A stretch of 64,000 nt of DNA, from the NCBI GenBank assembly GCA_016927685.1, contig JAFGMD010000021.1, positions 21,913 through 85,912 of the forward strand, read 5' to 3'. Each line of letters begins with the position of its first letter. The first letter of the stretch is position 1. The position numbers and the translations under genes were made by a program. Shown piece by piece: positions 17,489-27,247 of the stretch. Below the pieces are notes generated by a model. The model had not been told where the DNA came from and did not search any database. It saw only the letters and a list, made by a program, of their open reading frames with translations. This DNA comes from Candidatus Falkowbacteria bacterium (GTDB taxonomy: Bacteria > Patescibacteriota > Patescibacteriia > CAIXNZ01).

Positions 17489-19627
17489 ATGATTAACGAA
17501 CTCTTAATTTATATTTCAGCGCTTTTGCCCAAAATCAGTCATTTGGGCTTTTTTGCATATTGGCTAGTAGCTGGCGTAACATTTTTAGAATCAATAGCTA
17601 TAATCGGAACATTTATTCCGGGCGCAATTATTATTGCTTTTTTTGGCTTTTTAGCGGGCCAAGACTATTTTGATTTCGGCGATTTAATTTGGTATGCGGC
17701 GATTGGCGCAATACTTGGTGATATTATCAGCTATTATTTTGGAAAATACGGCAAAAAAATATTTAAACCTAAAAATAGAATATTTAAAACAGAATATTTG
17801 TTAAGGGGAGAGAGGTTTTTTAAAAGGCATGGAGCAAAAAGCGTTTTTCTGGGCCGATTCTTGGCAGTTATTAGGCCAAATATTTCCTTTATCGCAGGAT
17901 TGTTTAAAATGGATGCTAAAAAATTCTATTTTTATAATATTACCAGCGCATTTTTGTGGTCTTTGCTATATTTAACAATTGGTTATTTTGTAGGCCAAAC
18001 AACTGCTTCGGTAGTAATTTGGTCAACTCGTATTGCCGTCTTTGTCTTATCAATCATTCTTTTCTTATTGCTAATAGATTTAATCAGATATTTAATAATC
18101 AAATACGGTAAGCCTTTTTATGCTTTTTGCAAATCAATAGCTATTTCAATCAAAGAAGCCATTTTTACAAATCCTGATGTTAAAAGAGCTCTTAAAAAAC
18201 ATCCTCGTTTTTTTGGGTTTTTGGGGGATAGACTTGAAATTAGAAAATTTACTGGGTTACCATTAGCATTACTATGCGTACTTTTTATATATTTTTTATC
18301 TTTATATTTTGATGTTACAAGCAGTATTTTGCGTACTACAGCAATCGTAGAAGCAGATTTGCGTATTGAAAAATTAGTTTTTGTATTTCGAGAGGGCAAT
18401 CTGATTAATTTTTTTACTTGGATTACTTTATTAGGTGAATGGCAATTTGTAATGTGCGTTATCGTGATTATATGCATTATTTTTTGGCTATATAAGAAAA
18501 AGGAATATATTCTATCATTTTTAATAACGACTGGCGGTACAGCTGTTTTTGGCGTGCTTAGTAAGGCCATTTTACATCGTCCTAGGCCGGAAATGGGTTT
18601 AATAGAAGAAACATCTTTTTCTTTTCCAAGCAATCATGCTGGCATAAGTATGGCGATTTTTGGCTATTTAATTTACTACATATGCAGAAATACTAAACCC
18701 TGGAAAACTCATCTAAATGTTTTTTTTGGCGGTTTAGTTATTATTATTGCCGTGGGTTTTAGCCGCATTTATTTGGGTGTACATTATTTAAGCGATGTTA
18801 TTGGGGGTTATTTATTGGGCTTGCTTTTTTTACTAATCGGCATAACCATAAATGAATGGTTAATACATAAAAAAATAATTAAGCGAGAGAGAATAAAGCA
18901 TAGAAAAAAAATACATTATATTTTTATCTGTTTAATTATTTTAATCGGTATAATATATTTTTGCCTTGGTATTTTTTTAAAGCCAGAAATTAGCCCAAAA
19001 ATAGAAAAAATAGAAACGCCTATAACTATATCCGGCATAATTAATATAAGTCCGATTTTTGAAAATAATAATTTGCCCAAATATTCTGAAACTTTGATTG
19101 GCACGATGCAAGAGCCGCTTCAATTTATTATTTTGGCAAAAAATGAAAATGATTTTATTAATATTTTTACCAAAGCAGGCTGGCATCTGGCAGAGGAACC
19201 CGATATATTTTCAGTTCTTAAAATTGCCAAATACGCCGCATTCAATGAGGAATATTTAACCGCTCCCATGACGCCTTCTTTTTGGGATGGTGAGGTTCAC
19301 GAGTCAGGATTTCAAAAACCCACTGAAACTAATTCTGTACGTTCTAGACATCATGTTAGATTTTGGAAAACTAATATAACTTCTGTTGATGGCAAGAAGG
19401 TTTATGTGGGCACGGCCAGTTTAGATACTAATATAAAATGGATCGTAGTGCATAAAATTGATCCAAATATTGATGCTGAGCGAGAAATAATATTTAAAAA
19501 CCTTTTGGATACCGGGCTTATTAAACAATATCAAAAAGAACAATTTGTCACGCCATTTTTGGGAGAAAATTTTGCCCGCGACCAATTTTTTACAGATGGA
19601 CAAATATACGTAATTGAACTAAAATAG
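17489..19627 (+). CDS. fusion membrane protein: DedA/VTT domain + PAP2 phosphatase + LssY-like C-terminal domain
   Basis: The N-terminus is DedA-like (GVTFLESIAIIGTFIPG...GDIISYYFGKYG). PAP2 motifs are KAILHRPRP, SFPSNHA and SRIYLGVHYLSDV. The C-terminal 200 aa are soluble and resemble the LssY_C domain that accompanies PAP2. Confidence 0.6.
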   Translation: MINELLIYISALLPKISHLGFFAYWLVAGVTFLESIAIIGTFIPGAIIIAFFGFLAGQDYFDFGDLIWYAAIGAILGDIISYYFGKYGKKIFKPKNRIFKTEYLLRGERFFKRHGAKSVFLGRFLAVIRPNISFIAGLFKMDAKKFYFYNITSAFLWSLLYLTIGYFVGQTTASVVIWSTRIAVFVLSIILFLLLIDLIRYLIIKYGKPFYAFCKSIAISIKEAIFTNPDVKRALKKHPRFFGFLGDRLEIRKFTGLPLALLCVLFIYFLSLYFDVTSSILRTTAIVEADLRIEKLVFVFREGNLINFFTWITLLGEWQFVMCVIVIICIIFWLYKKKEYILSFLITTGGTAVFGVLSKAILHRPRPEMGLIEETSFSFPSNHAGISMAIFGYLIYYICRNTKPWKTHLNVFFGGLVIIIAVGFSRIYLGVHYLSDVIGGYLLGLLFLLIGITINEWLIHKKIIKRERIKHRKKIHYIFICLIILIGIIYFCLGIFLKPEISPKIEKIETPITISGIINISPIFENNNLPKYSETLIGTMQEPLQFIILAKNENDFINIFTKAGWHLAEEPDIFSVLKIAKYAAFNEEYLTAPMTPSFWDGEVHESGFQKPTETNSVRSRHHVRFWKTNITSVDGKKVYVGTASLDTNIKWIVVHKIDPNIDAEREIIFKNLLDTGLIKQYQKEQFVTPFLGENFARDQFFTDGQIYVIELK

Positions 19628-19688
19628 GGAAAAATAAAAAACCCTCATGTTTATCAAGAGGGTTTTAAGTTTATTTCCAGCTAATATT

Positions 19689-20048
19689 TTAAATTCTCTT
19701 TCTCCCATTCTTCTTTCTTAGAATTTTAATGGATATGATGTGTCGGATATTTACTGCTTTAATGCATAAATGAGTTTTAGGATCCTTAATGGCAATAATT
19801 TTGTCAAATTCAATATGCGGTGATGGTTTGTCGAGCCAGCCATGTCCAATAATGCCTTTTACCATCATGGGCTGGCAATAATCTTCTTGATAACAAATGA
19901 TAGCCAGCTTACTGCGAAATTTGTCAAGAATGGCAATCTTTTTTTGAAACAGTTCCCTGTGAGCCTCTTTAATTTCAGCCATTTCTTTTCTAAAAGAATA
20001 AGATCTGCGCATCTTCATATTTATTTTCCTCCTTTTTTTAATGTTCAA
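19689..20048 (-). CDS. hypothetical protein
   Basis: 119-aa ORF. No domain recognised. Confidence 0.3.
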   Translation of the reverse strand: MNIKKRRKINMKMRRSYSFRKEMAEIKEAHRELFQKKIAILDKFRSKLAIICYQEDYCQPMMVKGIIGHGWLDKPSPHIEFDKIIAIKDPKTHLCIKAVNIRHIISIKILRKKNGRKRI

Positions 20049-20122
20049 ATTTACTAGAGTTTATTATAAATTCTATGATTTGTCAAGATTGTATAGTATA
20101 ATAATATAAATAATCTAAAATT

Positions 20123-20665
20123 ATGCAAAAAAATAAAACTTATTGGGTAATTTTGCTGTTTATCTCCATTTTATTTTTAGATATGTTGATTATGTATTTT
20201 ATTTATAGCAAAAAGCCCTCGGCTTATATTATTACTCAAGATGCTGCCATTCCATTAACTCTAAGCTCTGAAATTAAAAATAGTAATTTTAATACACAGC
20301 TTTATTATTATACAGTAACCCCAAATGAGATAAAATTTTATGATTTGGCAGGTAATTTATTAATGGATAAAAAAGGGAAATATAGTATATTTGGGATTTA
20401 TGATCAAGCAGGTAACTATTTAGTGTCTGAAGATAAATCATTGTTTGTAATTAATCTGCATAAAAAAGAAATGAATGAGATATTAGTTGCCAATAGTAAA
20501 ATTGTTAGCGCAATAGCATCTCCTGAGAATGAATTTATTACTTATGTAATAGAAAATAAAAATAATTACGAAATTTGGCAATATGATTTGGATGCAAGGG
20601 ACAATAAATTTTTAACCTCAATCCCTTCTGAATTTGATATTAATTTACTGGATTGGATAAAATAA
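20123..20665 (+). CDS. hypothetical membrane-anchored protein
   Basis: 180 aa with an N-terminal TM helix. Confidence 0.35.
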   Translation: MQKNKTYWVILLFISILFLDMLIMYFIYSKKPSAYIITQDAAIPLTLSSEIKNSNFNTQLYYYTVTPNEIKFYDLAGNLLMDKKGKYSIFGIYDQAGNYLVSEDKSLFVINLHKKEMNEILVANSKIVSAIASPENEFITYVIENKNNYEIWQYDLDARDNKFLTSIPSEFDINLLDWIK

Positions 20666-20666
20666 T

Positions 20667-21176
20667 ATGTACTTTGTCATTGTCTTGATTTTATTTTTAA
20701 TTTTATGGACCGTAGCTATAGCCGGACTTTCTTTTGCGCCGTGGGTTCCTTCAAAAAAACATGATTTTGAAAGAATATTTAAATTAGCAAATTTAAAGCC
20801 AGGTGAAATTTTTTATGATCTTGGTTGCGGAACCGGCAAAGTTGTAATTTATGCACATAAAAAATTTAAAGCTAAATCAATCGGACTTGAAATTGCTTTA
20901 CCATTTTATTGCATTTGTAAATGCAAACAAATTTTTAATCCTGGGGTTAATTTTAAATATAAAAATTTATATAAAGAGGATTTGTCCAGGGCAGACGTTA
21001 TATATTTTTTTGGTACTCCAAAAACAATAAATGAAAAATTGAAAGCTAAATTAGAAAGAGAAGTAAAAAAAGGCGCTAGAATTATTTCTTATGTTTTTGC
21101 TATTAATAACTGGTCGCCTGCCGTGGTTAGTAAGCCAGACGATAGCGCAGTACCCATTTACCTTTATCTTAGATAA
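20667..21176 (+). CDS. class I SAM-dependent methyltransferase (membrane-anchored)
   Basis: Motif I FYDLGCGTGKVV preceded by a TM helix; start is 2 nt after the upstream stop. Confidence 0.55.
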   Translation: MYFVIVLILFLILWTVAIAGLSFAPWVPSKKHDFERIFKLANLKPGEIFYDLGCGTGKVVIYAHKKFKAKSIGLEIALPFYCICKCKQIFNPGVNFKYKNLYKEDLSRADVIYFFGTPKTINEKLKAKLEREVKKGARIISYVFAINNWSPAVVSKPDDSAVPIYLYLR

Positions 21177-21309
21177 AACTGTTGAAAAATCGCTTGACAA
21201 AAAGTTAAATAATATTTATCATATTTTATATCCTAATAAGGATCCTAATTATTAAGGGTATTGTAAACTATGTTAGACGCTCTATCATTGCTAGATTTAA
21301 GAGTCTTGG

Positions 21310-21426
21310 CAATGTCTGATGAAGAAGAGGGAGAAGAAATGGATGAAGAAACAGAAGAAGAGGGTGAGGAAGAAGAAGAGGGTGAGGAAGAAGAAGTTGA
21401 GGGTGATGACGAAGAAGAGGCCATGT
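21310..21426 (+). CDS. possible small highly acidic peptide (38 aa) encoded by purine-rich GAAGAAGAG repeats
   Basis: Manual translation gives MSDEEEGEEMDEETEEEGEEEEEGEEEEVEGDDEEEAM. The low-complexity sequence makes coding status uncertain. Confidence 0.2.
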
Positions 21427-21496
21427 AAAAAGTAGTGTTTTATATAAAAAAGGGTAAAATTATGCCCTTTTTTATTTTTGCTTTATTCACTAATTT

Positions 21497-22147
21497 TTGT
21501 TAAGCTTAATATTAAGTTTAATCTTATTTTTAAAAAATATGCAAAAAATTCTTAAAATTATATATATTATAATCGGCTCCGTTATTGTGGTCGCTATTTT
21601 AATAATGTCAGGTTTGCAAATAAATAAAATTATTTTTGACAAACAACTTAATCAGGCGAAAGAGCAAGTTAAAAATTATAATGCATATAAGTTTGGCGCG
21701 GGAGAGTATAATAAATTAAAAAAGAGCGAAAAAAATGAAGTATATTATTATGCAGCTGATGGCAAAAGATATGTCTTTCCGGATACAAATACTTATCAAT
21801 CGTGGTTTGGCCCAATATCAATAGAAGATCTTAATACTTATGATTTATTGAAATTATATGAAACTCCCCTGGGTGGGAATGTAACGTGCAGACCAGGCAC
21901 CTTACTAAAAACCATTACAGACCCAAATACTTATATTGTTATTGGAAATGGTCATATCAAAGCTGTTGATAATAAGATTTTAGATCAAGTATTTGATAAA
22001 AATTGGCAAAAAAATGTTATTGATATTGCTAATTATTATTTTACAAATTATAAAGTGGATAAACCTATAGAAAATTTATCTGAATTTCCAGAAATACCCT
22101 TAAGTATAACGATAGATCAAGATAAAGATCTAAAAAATGATAAATAA
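21497..22147 (+). CDS. hypothetical membrane-anchored protein with repeat motifs related to the 54179..55579 protein
   Basis: N-terminal TM helix. The GKRYVFPDTNTYQSWFG and NTYIVIGNGHIKAVDNKIL modules resemble the repeats in the putative cell-wall hydrolase. Confidence 0.35.
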   Translation: MLSLILSLILFLKNMQKILKIIYIIIGSVIVVAILIMSGLQINKIIFDKQLNQAKEQVKNYNAYKFGAGEYNKLKKSEKNEVYYYAADGKRYVFPDTNTYQSWFGPISIEDLNTYDLLKLYETPLGGNVTCRPGTLLKTITDPNTYIVIGNGHIKAVDNKILDQVFDKNWQKNVIDIANYYFTNYKVDKPIENLSEFPEIPLSITIDQDKDLKNDK

Positions 22148-23297
22148 AATAAAAACCTTCTTGCTTATTATTTTTAATATTTTCCTGCTGACCATAATCG
22201 TCACTGTAATTTTTTATTCTTCAAAAAACACCCAGATATTGGCACAAAATGATAAGTATGCCCTTAATTTTACTACAGATTTTTCTTATAAAGGGGAGAT
22301 AAAAACAATTACTAAGCGTGAGAAGGTAAAAGAAAAAGAAATTCGTGGATTATACTTAACTTCATATTCAGGCGGAAATGGTGCGAAGATAGATGAAATA
22401 ATAAATGCCATAAAAGGTAGCCAACTTAATGCTGTTGTTATTGATATAAAAGATTATTCTGGCCAGATTTCTTACGATAGCAATATTCCATTAATAAATG
22501 AATTGCAAACAGATCGAAATACAATTAAAAACATCTCTGCATTGATTAAAAAATTACATGATAATGGCATTTATGTCATTGCCAGACAAACCGTATTTCA
22601 GGACCCTGAATTGTCTGATAAAAAACCGGAATGGGCAGTAAAAAATAGCGCCACGGGTGGTGTTTGGCGCGACAATAAGGGTTTGGCTTGGCTGGATCCG
22701 ACAATTAAAGAAAATTGGGTTTATAATTTGGATATTGCAAAAGAATCAATTGGGTTGGGCTTTGATGAAATAAATTTTGATTATATAAGATTTCCATCGG
22801 ATGGCAAAATGGCTTTGATGAAATTTGCTAATTTAGGCAATACAACAAAAGCCACTGTTATGAGAAATTTTTTTCAATTTTTATATGATAATCTGAAAGA
22901 TGAGCCCGCCTATATTTCCGGAGATTTATTTGGTTTTACCACGGAAAGAGATGATGATATGCAAATTGGCCAGCAAATAGAAGATGCGGCTGCTTATTTT
23001 GATTATGTTTGCCCTATGGTTTATCCATCTCATTATCCATATGGTCATTTAAATTTTGAAAATCCCGCAGCTCATCCCTATGAAGTAGTTAAAATGGCCC
23101 TCGTAAAAGGCGAAGAAAGTTTAAACAAAGTAGAGGGGATTAGAGCAAAAATTAGACCCTGGCTTCAGGCCTTTGATATGGGAGCTGATTATACGCCAGC
23201 CATGATTGATTTGCAGATTACAGCAGCAGCTGAAGCTGGTAGTTATGGCTATATGCTCTGGAATGCCAGAAATGTTTATGATTATATTCCTAAATAA
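22137..23297 (+). CDS. putative glycoside hydrolase-like protein (DUF4015 / GHL family)
   Basis: N-terminal TM helix, then IRGLYLTSYSGGNG...LNAVVIDIKDYSGQISYDS...GIYVIARQTVFQDPEL...WLDP...FDEINFDYIRFPSDG, characteristic of the DUF4015 TIM-barrel family. Confidence 0.55.
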   Translation: MINKIKTFLLIIFNIFLLTIIVTVIFYSSKNTQILAQNDKYALNFTTDFSYKGEIKTITKREKVKEKEIRGLYLTSYSGGNGAKIDEIINAIKGSQLNAVVIDIKDYSGQISYDSNIPLINELQTDRNTIKNISALIKKLHDNGIYVIARQTVFQDPELSDKKPEWAVKNSATGGVWRDNKGLAWLDPTIKENWVYNLDIAKESIGLGFDEINFDYIRFPSDGKMALMKFANLGNTTKATVMRNFFQFLYDNLKDEPAYISGDLFGFTTERDDDMQIGQQIEDAAAYFDYVCPMVYPSHYPYGHLNFENPAAHPYEVVKMALVKGEESLNKVEGIRAKIRPWLQAFDMGADYTPAMIDLQITAAAEAGSYGYMLWNARNVYDYIPK

Positions 23298-23354
23298 TAT
23301 TGACAATTTTAAATAAACAGAATAAGGTCAAGTATAGTTCTGATAAAAAGGAGG

Positions 23355-23597
23355 GTGAAAATGAATTCATGCTTATTCCTATTGCCGATTGGATATTTGG
23401 TGCTCGGAGCATTGATTTATTTAAGCTGGCTGTTCTCTGAATTAAAGATGGGTACAAAATTTCTGGAAAATGGAGAAAAACAGACAATCAAGCTATTTGT
23501 CGGAGTAATTTTCTGGCAAGTTATTATCTCTATTCTTTTCTGTTTTTTTTGGCCACTATATCTTCTACTCTATCTCTTATCTTACGATCCAGCCTAA
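23355..23597 (+). CDS. small membrane protein
   Basis: 80 aa with two TM helices and an RBS aaaaggaggg. Confidence 0.3.
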   Translation: MKMNSCLFLLPIGYLVLGALIYLSWLFSELKMGTKFLENGEKQTIKLFVGVIFWQVIISILFCFFWPLYLLLYLLSYDPA

Positions 23598-23609
23598 AAG
23601 GAGGAGAAA

Positions 23610-23927
23610 ATGCTCACAGTAGAAAGAATCGCGAGAATCAGGGTTTGCGGCGATAATGTAGAACTTTATCAGCAAAAGTCGCCGCCAAGGTTTGATGGTC
23701 CAGGTTTTATTGTCTGGCGCGACAAAAAGCACCAGATAGCCACGGTCTTGATGAATGGCCTAACTCGCGGTGGAATTGAAGTTGCTGCCAAGGCCTTCAG
23801 AGAAAATGGGATGAATCCCACGAATCTTGTTCTTGAGCAAGATCGTCTGAAACAAGTCGGACACAGTCAAGTCAAACTTACCAGACTTGGAAGAAGCGAA
23901 AAATTCGTATTAAAGATGATGCATTGA
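23610..23927 (+). CDS. hypothetical protein
   Basis: 105 aa with an RBS aaaggaggag and raised GC. Confidence 0.3.
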   Translation: MLTVERIARIRVCGDNVELYQQKSPPRFDGPGFIVWRDKKHQIATVLMNGLTRGGIEVAAKAFRENGMNPTNLVLEQDRLKQVGHSQVKLTRLGRSEKFVLKMMH

Positions 23928-24014
23928 CATCTAAATCCCATCCAAATAGGGTGGGATTTTTTATTTAAAAATGGTATAATAAATTCATAATTGTTAATTC
24001 ATAATTAATATAAT

Positions 24015-24734
24015 ATGGCCAAAAAAATAAATAAAAAAGTATCCAAGATTCCAACCCTACCAGGTCCCGGACCCGAGAAAAGAATTTCCTTACAGAAAAT
24101 GTCAGATATTACCTGGCGAATTTTCCGTATCATGTCCGAATTTGTGGAAGGCTTTGAATTCCTTTCTAAGCTAAAAAAAGAAGTGACTATTTTTGGCTCA
24201 GCGCGCTTGGATCACCAAAATCGCTGGTGTAGGGAGGCAGAAAAGCTGGCCAAAATTTTAGTTAAGCATAAATTTACTGTTATTACTGGAGGCGGTCCAG
24301 GCATCATGGAGTCCGCTAATAAAGGCGCTTATAGCATTGATCCGAGCAAATCAGTGGGGATTAATATCCAATTGCCAACCGAACAAAGGATTAATCCTTA
24401 TGTTAAAAAAAGCGTAGGATTATATTATTTCTTTACTCGCAAGGTTATGCTGGCCGCTTCCGCTCAAGCTTACATATTCTTTCCCGGAGGGTACGGCACA
24501 ATTGATGAATTCACAGAAATTCTTTGTCTAATCCAAACCGGTAAAATGCAAAAAACCCCCATGATTTTAGTTGGAAAGGAATTTTGGTCCCCGATGGTTA
24601 ACTGGTTTGAAAAAACAATGGTAAAAAAATATAGGACTGCAAAACCGCAAGATTTAAAATTATTTCATGTGGTTGATACCGCAGAGCAGGCCTTTAAATA
24701 TATCAAGGGGTCACACGAAAGAACAATATTTTAG
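24015..24734 (+). CDS. LOG family protein (TIGR00730; cytokinin riboside 5'-monophosphate phosphoribohydrolase-like)
   Basis: VTIFGSARL...FTVITGGGPGIMESANKGA...PGGYGTIDEF...ILVG motifs. Confidence 0.75.
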   Translation: MAKKINKKVSKIPTLPGPGPEKRISLQKMSDITWRIFRIMSEFVEGFEFLSKLKKEVTIFGSARLDHQNRWCREAEKLAKILVKHKFTVITGGGPGIMESANKGAYSIDPSKSVGINIQLPTEQRINPYVKKSVGLYYFFTRKVMLAASAQAYIFFPGGYGTIDEFTEILCLIQTGKMQKTPMILVGKEFWSPMVNWFEKTMVKKYRTAKPQDLKLFHVVDTAEQAFKYIKGSHERTIF

Positions 24735-24871
24735 AAAAAAACAATATTATATTTTTTTTAATAAAGCCGCCGAAATCGTTAGATTGAGGCGGTTTTATTA
24801 TTGACATGAAATATATAAACATGCTAATTTAAACTATCAAGGGTTCTTTTAAATTAAAAGGAGGTAATATC

Positions 24872-25675
24872 ATGGCCATGCCAAATGATTTAGTGTTGGT
24901 ACGTCATGGAGAATCAGAGGGAAATGTGATTAAGCACGCACAAGAACAAGACAAAAAGATTAAAATTCCCGCTGCATACTATGAACGTCATTCAACTGAT
25001 TGGAGATTAACCAAATTAGGCGTTAAACAAGCGAAAATGGCTGGAAAATGGTTAAGAGAGAATGTCGATATGCAATTTGATAGATACTATACATCTAGCT
25101 ATAACAGAGCCAAAGAAACAGCCGCGCACTTACAATTGCCAAATGCCCATTGGTTTCCTACGCCATATTTAGGTGAAAGGAATTGGGGCATATTAGATCA
25201 ATATCCAGTAGAAGTCAGAATAAAAAAGTTCCAGGCAGATTTTAAAAGCAAAGAAATAAACGCCTTTTACTGGGCGCCTCCTCGCGGAGAATCAATGGTC
25301 CAAATATGTATGCGGGTTGACCGCGTCCTTGATACATTACATCGTGAATGTGACGGTAAAAGAGTAATAATTGTCTGTCATGGTGAAATTATGTGGGCAT
25401 TTCGCATCAGGATAGAACGCATGACTGTTGAACAATTTTTAGGGCTTGACCAATCAGAAAATCCATTTGACCGTATTAACAATTGCCAGATTATTCATTA
25501 CACCAGAAAAGATCCGCAGAGTAAAAAAGTCACTTCTCACATGGATTGGATGAAATCGGTTTGCCCGACTAATTTAAGTTTATCAAGGAATGAATGGGTA
25601 AAAGTTACGCGGCATTCCTTTACCAACGAAGACCTTTTACAGGAAGCCGAGAAAATTAAGCGGCTTATCAATTAG
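24872..25675 (+). CDS. histidine phosphatase family protein (phosphoglycerate mutase-like)
   Basis: N-terminal LVLVRHGESEGN (catalytic RHG motif) and a later conserved His (CHGEIM). Confidence 0.65.
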   Translation: MAMPNDLVLVRHGESEGNVIKHAQEQDKKIKIPAAYYERHSTDWRLTKLGVKQAKMAGKWLRENVDMQFDRYYTSSYNRAKETAAHLQLPNAHWFPTPYLGERNWGILDQYPVEVRIKKFQADFKSKEINAFYWAPPRGESMVQICMRVDRVLDTLHRECDGKRVIIVCHGEIMWAFRIRIERMTVEQFLGLDQSENPFDRINNCQIIHYTRKDPQSKKVTSHMDWMKSVCPTNLSLSRNEWVKVTRHSFTNEDLLQEAEKIKRLIN

Positions 25676-25680
25676 AATTC

Positions 25681-25714
25681 AAACCCGCCCGGCTAAAGCC
25701 GAGGCGGGTTTTTT
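25681..25714 (+). terminator. intrinsic terminator (copy 1 of a near-identical pair)
   Basis: aaacccgcccggctaaagccgaggcgggttttttatt. Confidence 0.6.
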
Positions 25715-25781
25715 ATTTGACAAACCTCAATTTCAAATGTTAAATTAGGGTATTCGTACTTTGAAAATAAGGAGGTAATAA

Positions 25782-27179
25782 ATGAAATCATATAATGACA
25801 CCGCTAAACAGCTATCCAGAGAAAAAGAACTCGATTTTATATCACAACACCTGCGAAATGAAATTTTAGCACCTCATAACATTAAAGTTGTGTGTCTCGA
25901 ATCCGAAGAACTTCTCGAGATAATTAATGTATTTGATAAATTGGGAGTGCCGAGAAAAAACATAAGGGTTATCGAAAGAAATGAAGAAATAGCAAAAAGA
26001 ATTTATGAAAAAGGTAATGGCGTATGGGTTTACAATTATCTTGATCATCATTTTTTTGCAACCACCCGCGAACAATTCGATATAATCAGTCTTGATTATA
26101 CTGGCAAAAAAAATCAAAGGATTATAGAGAGCATACGATTGATCACTGGGAGAAAATTGTTGAAGAAAAAAGGAATATTAATTATTAACACCTTCTCGGC
26201 TCGCGAAAATCGAGAAAAATTATTCTTAATGCCAGTTGCAAATATGATTGATATTTCTTATTCGAGAACTAACGACAAAAATGTAATTTCGGAAAATGAG
26301 TGTCTAGAAAATGCCCTGAAAGAAATTGAAACATTTAATGAAGGCGGAGCTTCGCTTGAAAGTTCTAGAGATTCTTTTACGGATTTCATAATCGCCAACA
26401 TATTTGACTCTGGATCGACTAAATTCACGGAATTCAATCGCCTTTATCCCCAAGTCAAGGACACTGATGAACTCATAAAGCAAGAATTAGAGAAAATGGA
26501 ATTTTCTGATGCTACGCAGAAAGAAAATGCTCGTTTACTCCTATCAGCCAATCTTCATCGTCGAGAAATGTGCCTTCATCTGGGAAGACTTTTCGGAAAT
26601 TCTGACTATAGAGTAACATGCTTCTTGTATTATGGCCTCAGAGCTATTTTTGAGATGAAATATAAAATTGATGCAATTGAACGCTATAAATATATCAGTT
26701 CAAACGGAGCACCTATGGAATTTGATCTTTATGCATTCAGTGATATCGAAAATCAATTTTCTAGTCTTCGTTCATATTTTTATCTTCAGGATTCAGCGTT
26801 TGGGGGAAAAATTATGCGAGTCAAGAGTGATAAAATCCGCAATTCAAAAAAATGGCAGGAGATAGCGACAAATGTTTACAATGCAAACTTCCTAATAAGG
26901 CTCCCGCCAATCCCTGAAAGGGTTTTTCTGGGTTCATCTGCCAAAAATGGAAAGGAGGATGACGAAATGGCAAGGCCAAAAAAAGTTGAAAAACAACAGG
27001 AAGACTCATCAATCTTGGCGAATATCAAACCCGGTGACACAATAACCAAGGAGCAAGCGATCGAGCTGCTCGATGCTGGCTGGACCGCCAAGCAAATAGC
27101 CAAAATTTTTAAAGGCTTCACTAAAATGCAAATCGCAGCTTTTAAAGCTCATATTACCATGGGGACATATCAAGAGTGA
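25782..27179 (+). CDS. hypothetical protein (Rossmann-like N-terminal region, possible C-terminal HTH)
   Basis: 465-aa ORF with an RBS ataaggaggtaataa; flanked by near-identical terminators. Confidence 0.4.
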   Translation: MKSYNDTAKQLSREKELDFISQHLRNEILAPHNIKVVCLESEELLEIINVFDKLGVPRKNIRVIERNEEIAKRIYEKGNGVWVYNYLDHHFFATTREQFDIISLDYTGKKNQRIIESIRLITGRKLLKKKGILIINTFSARENREKLFLMPVANMIDISYSRTNDKNVISENECLENALKEIETFNEGGASLESSRDSFTDFIIANIFDSGSTKFTEFNRLYPQVKDTDELIKQELEKMEFSDATQKENARLLLSANLHRREMCLHLGRLFGNSDYRVTCFLYYGLRAIFEMKYKIDAIERYKYISSNGAPMEFDLYAFSDIENQFSSLRSYFYLQDSAFGGKIMRVKSDKIRNSKKWQEIATNVYNANFLIRLPPIPERVFLGSSAKNGKEDDEMARPKKVEKQQEDSSILANIKPGDTITKEQAIELLDAGWTAKQIAKIFKGFTKMQIAAFKAHITMGTYQE

Positions 27180-27184
27180 TATTT

Positions 27185-27220
27185 AACCCGCCCGACTAAA
27201 GCCGAGGCGGGTTTTTTATT
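27185..27220 (+). terminator. intrinsic terminator (copy 2, 1 mismatch to copy 1)
   Basis: aacccgcccgactaaagccgaggcgggttttttatttt. Confidence 0.6.
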
Positions 27221-27247
27221 TTGCTAAAATTTTGCTAAAATTAATCT

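Noticed and set aside
23806-23825. gaatcccacgaatc as a possible second att copy of the tRNA-Asn 3' half
   Set aside because: Only about 9 contiguous matching nucleotides, inside a coding ORF. This is too short to support an att site.
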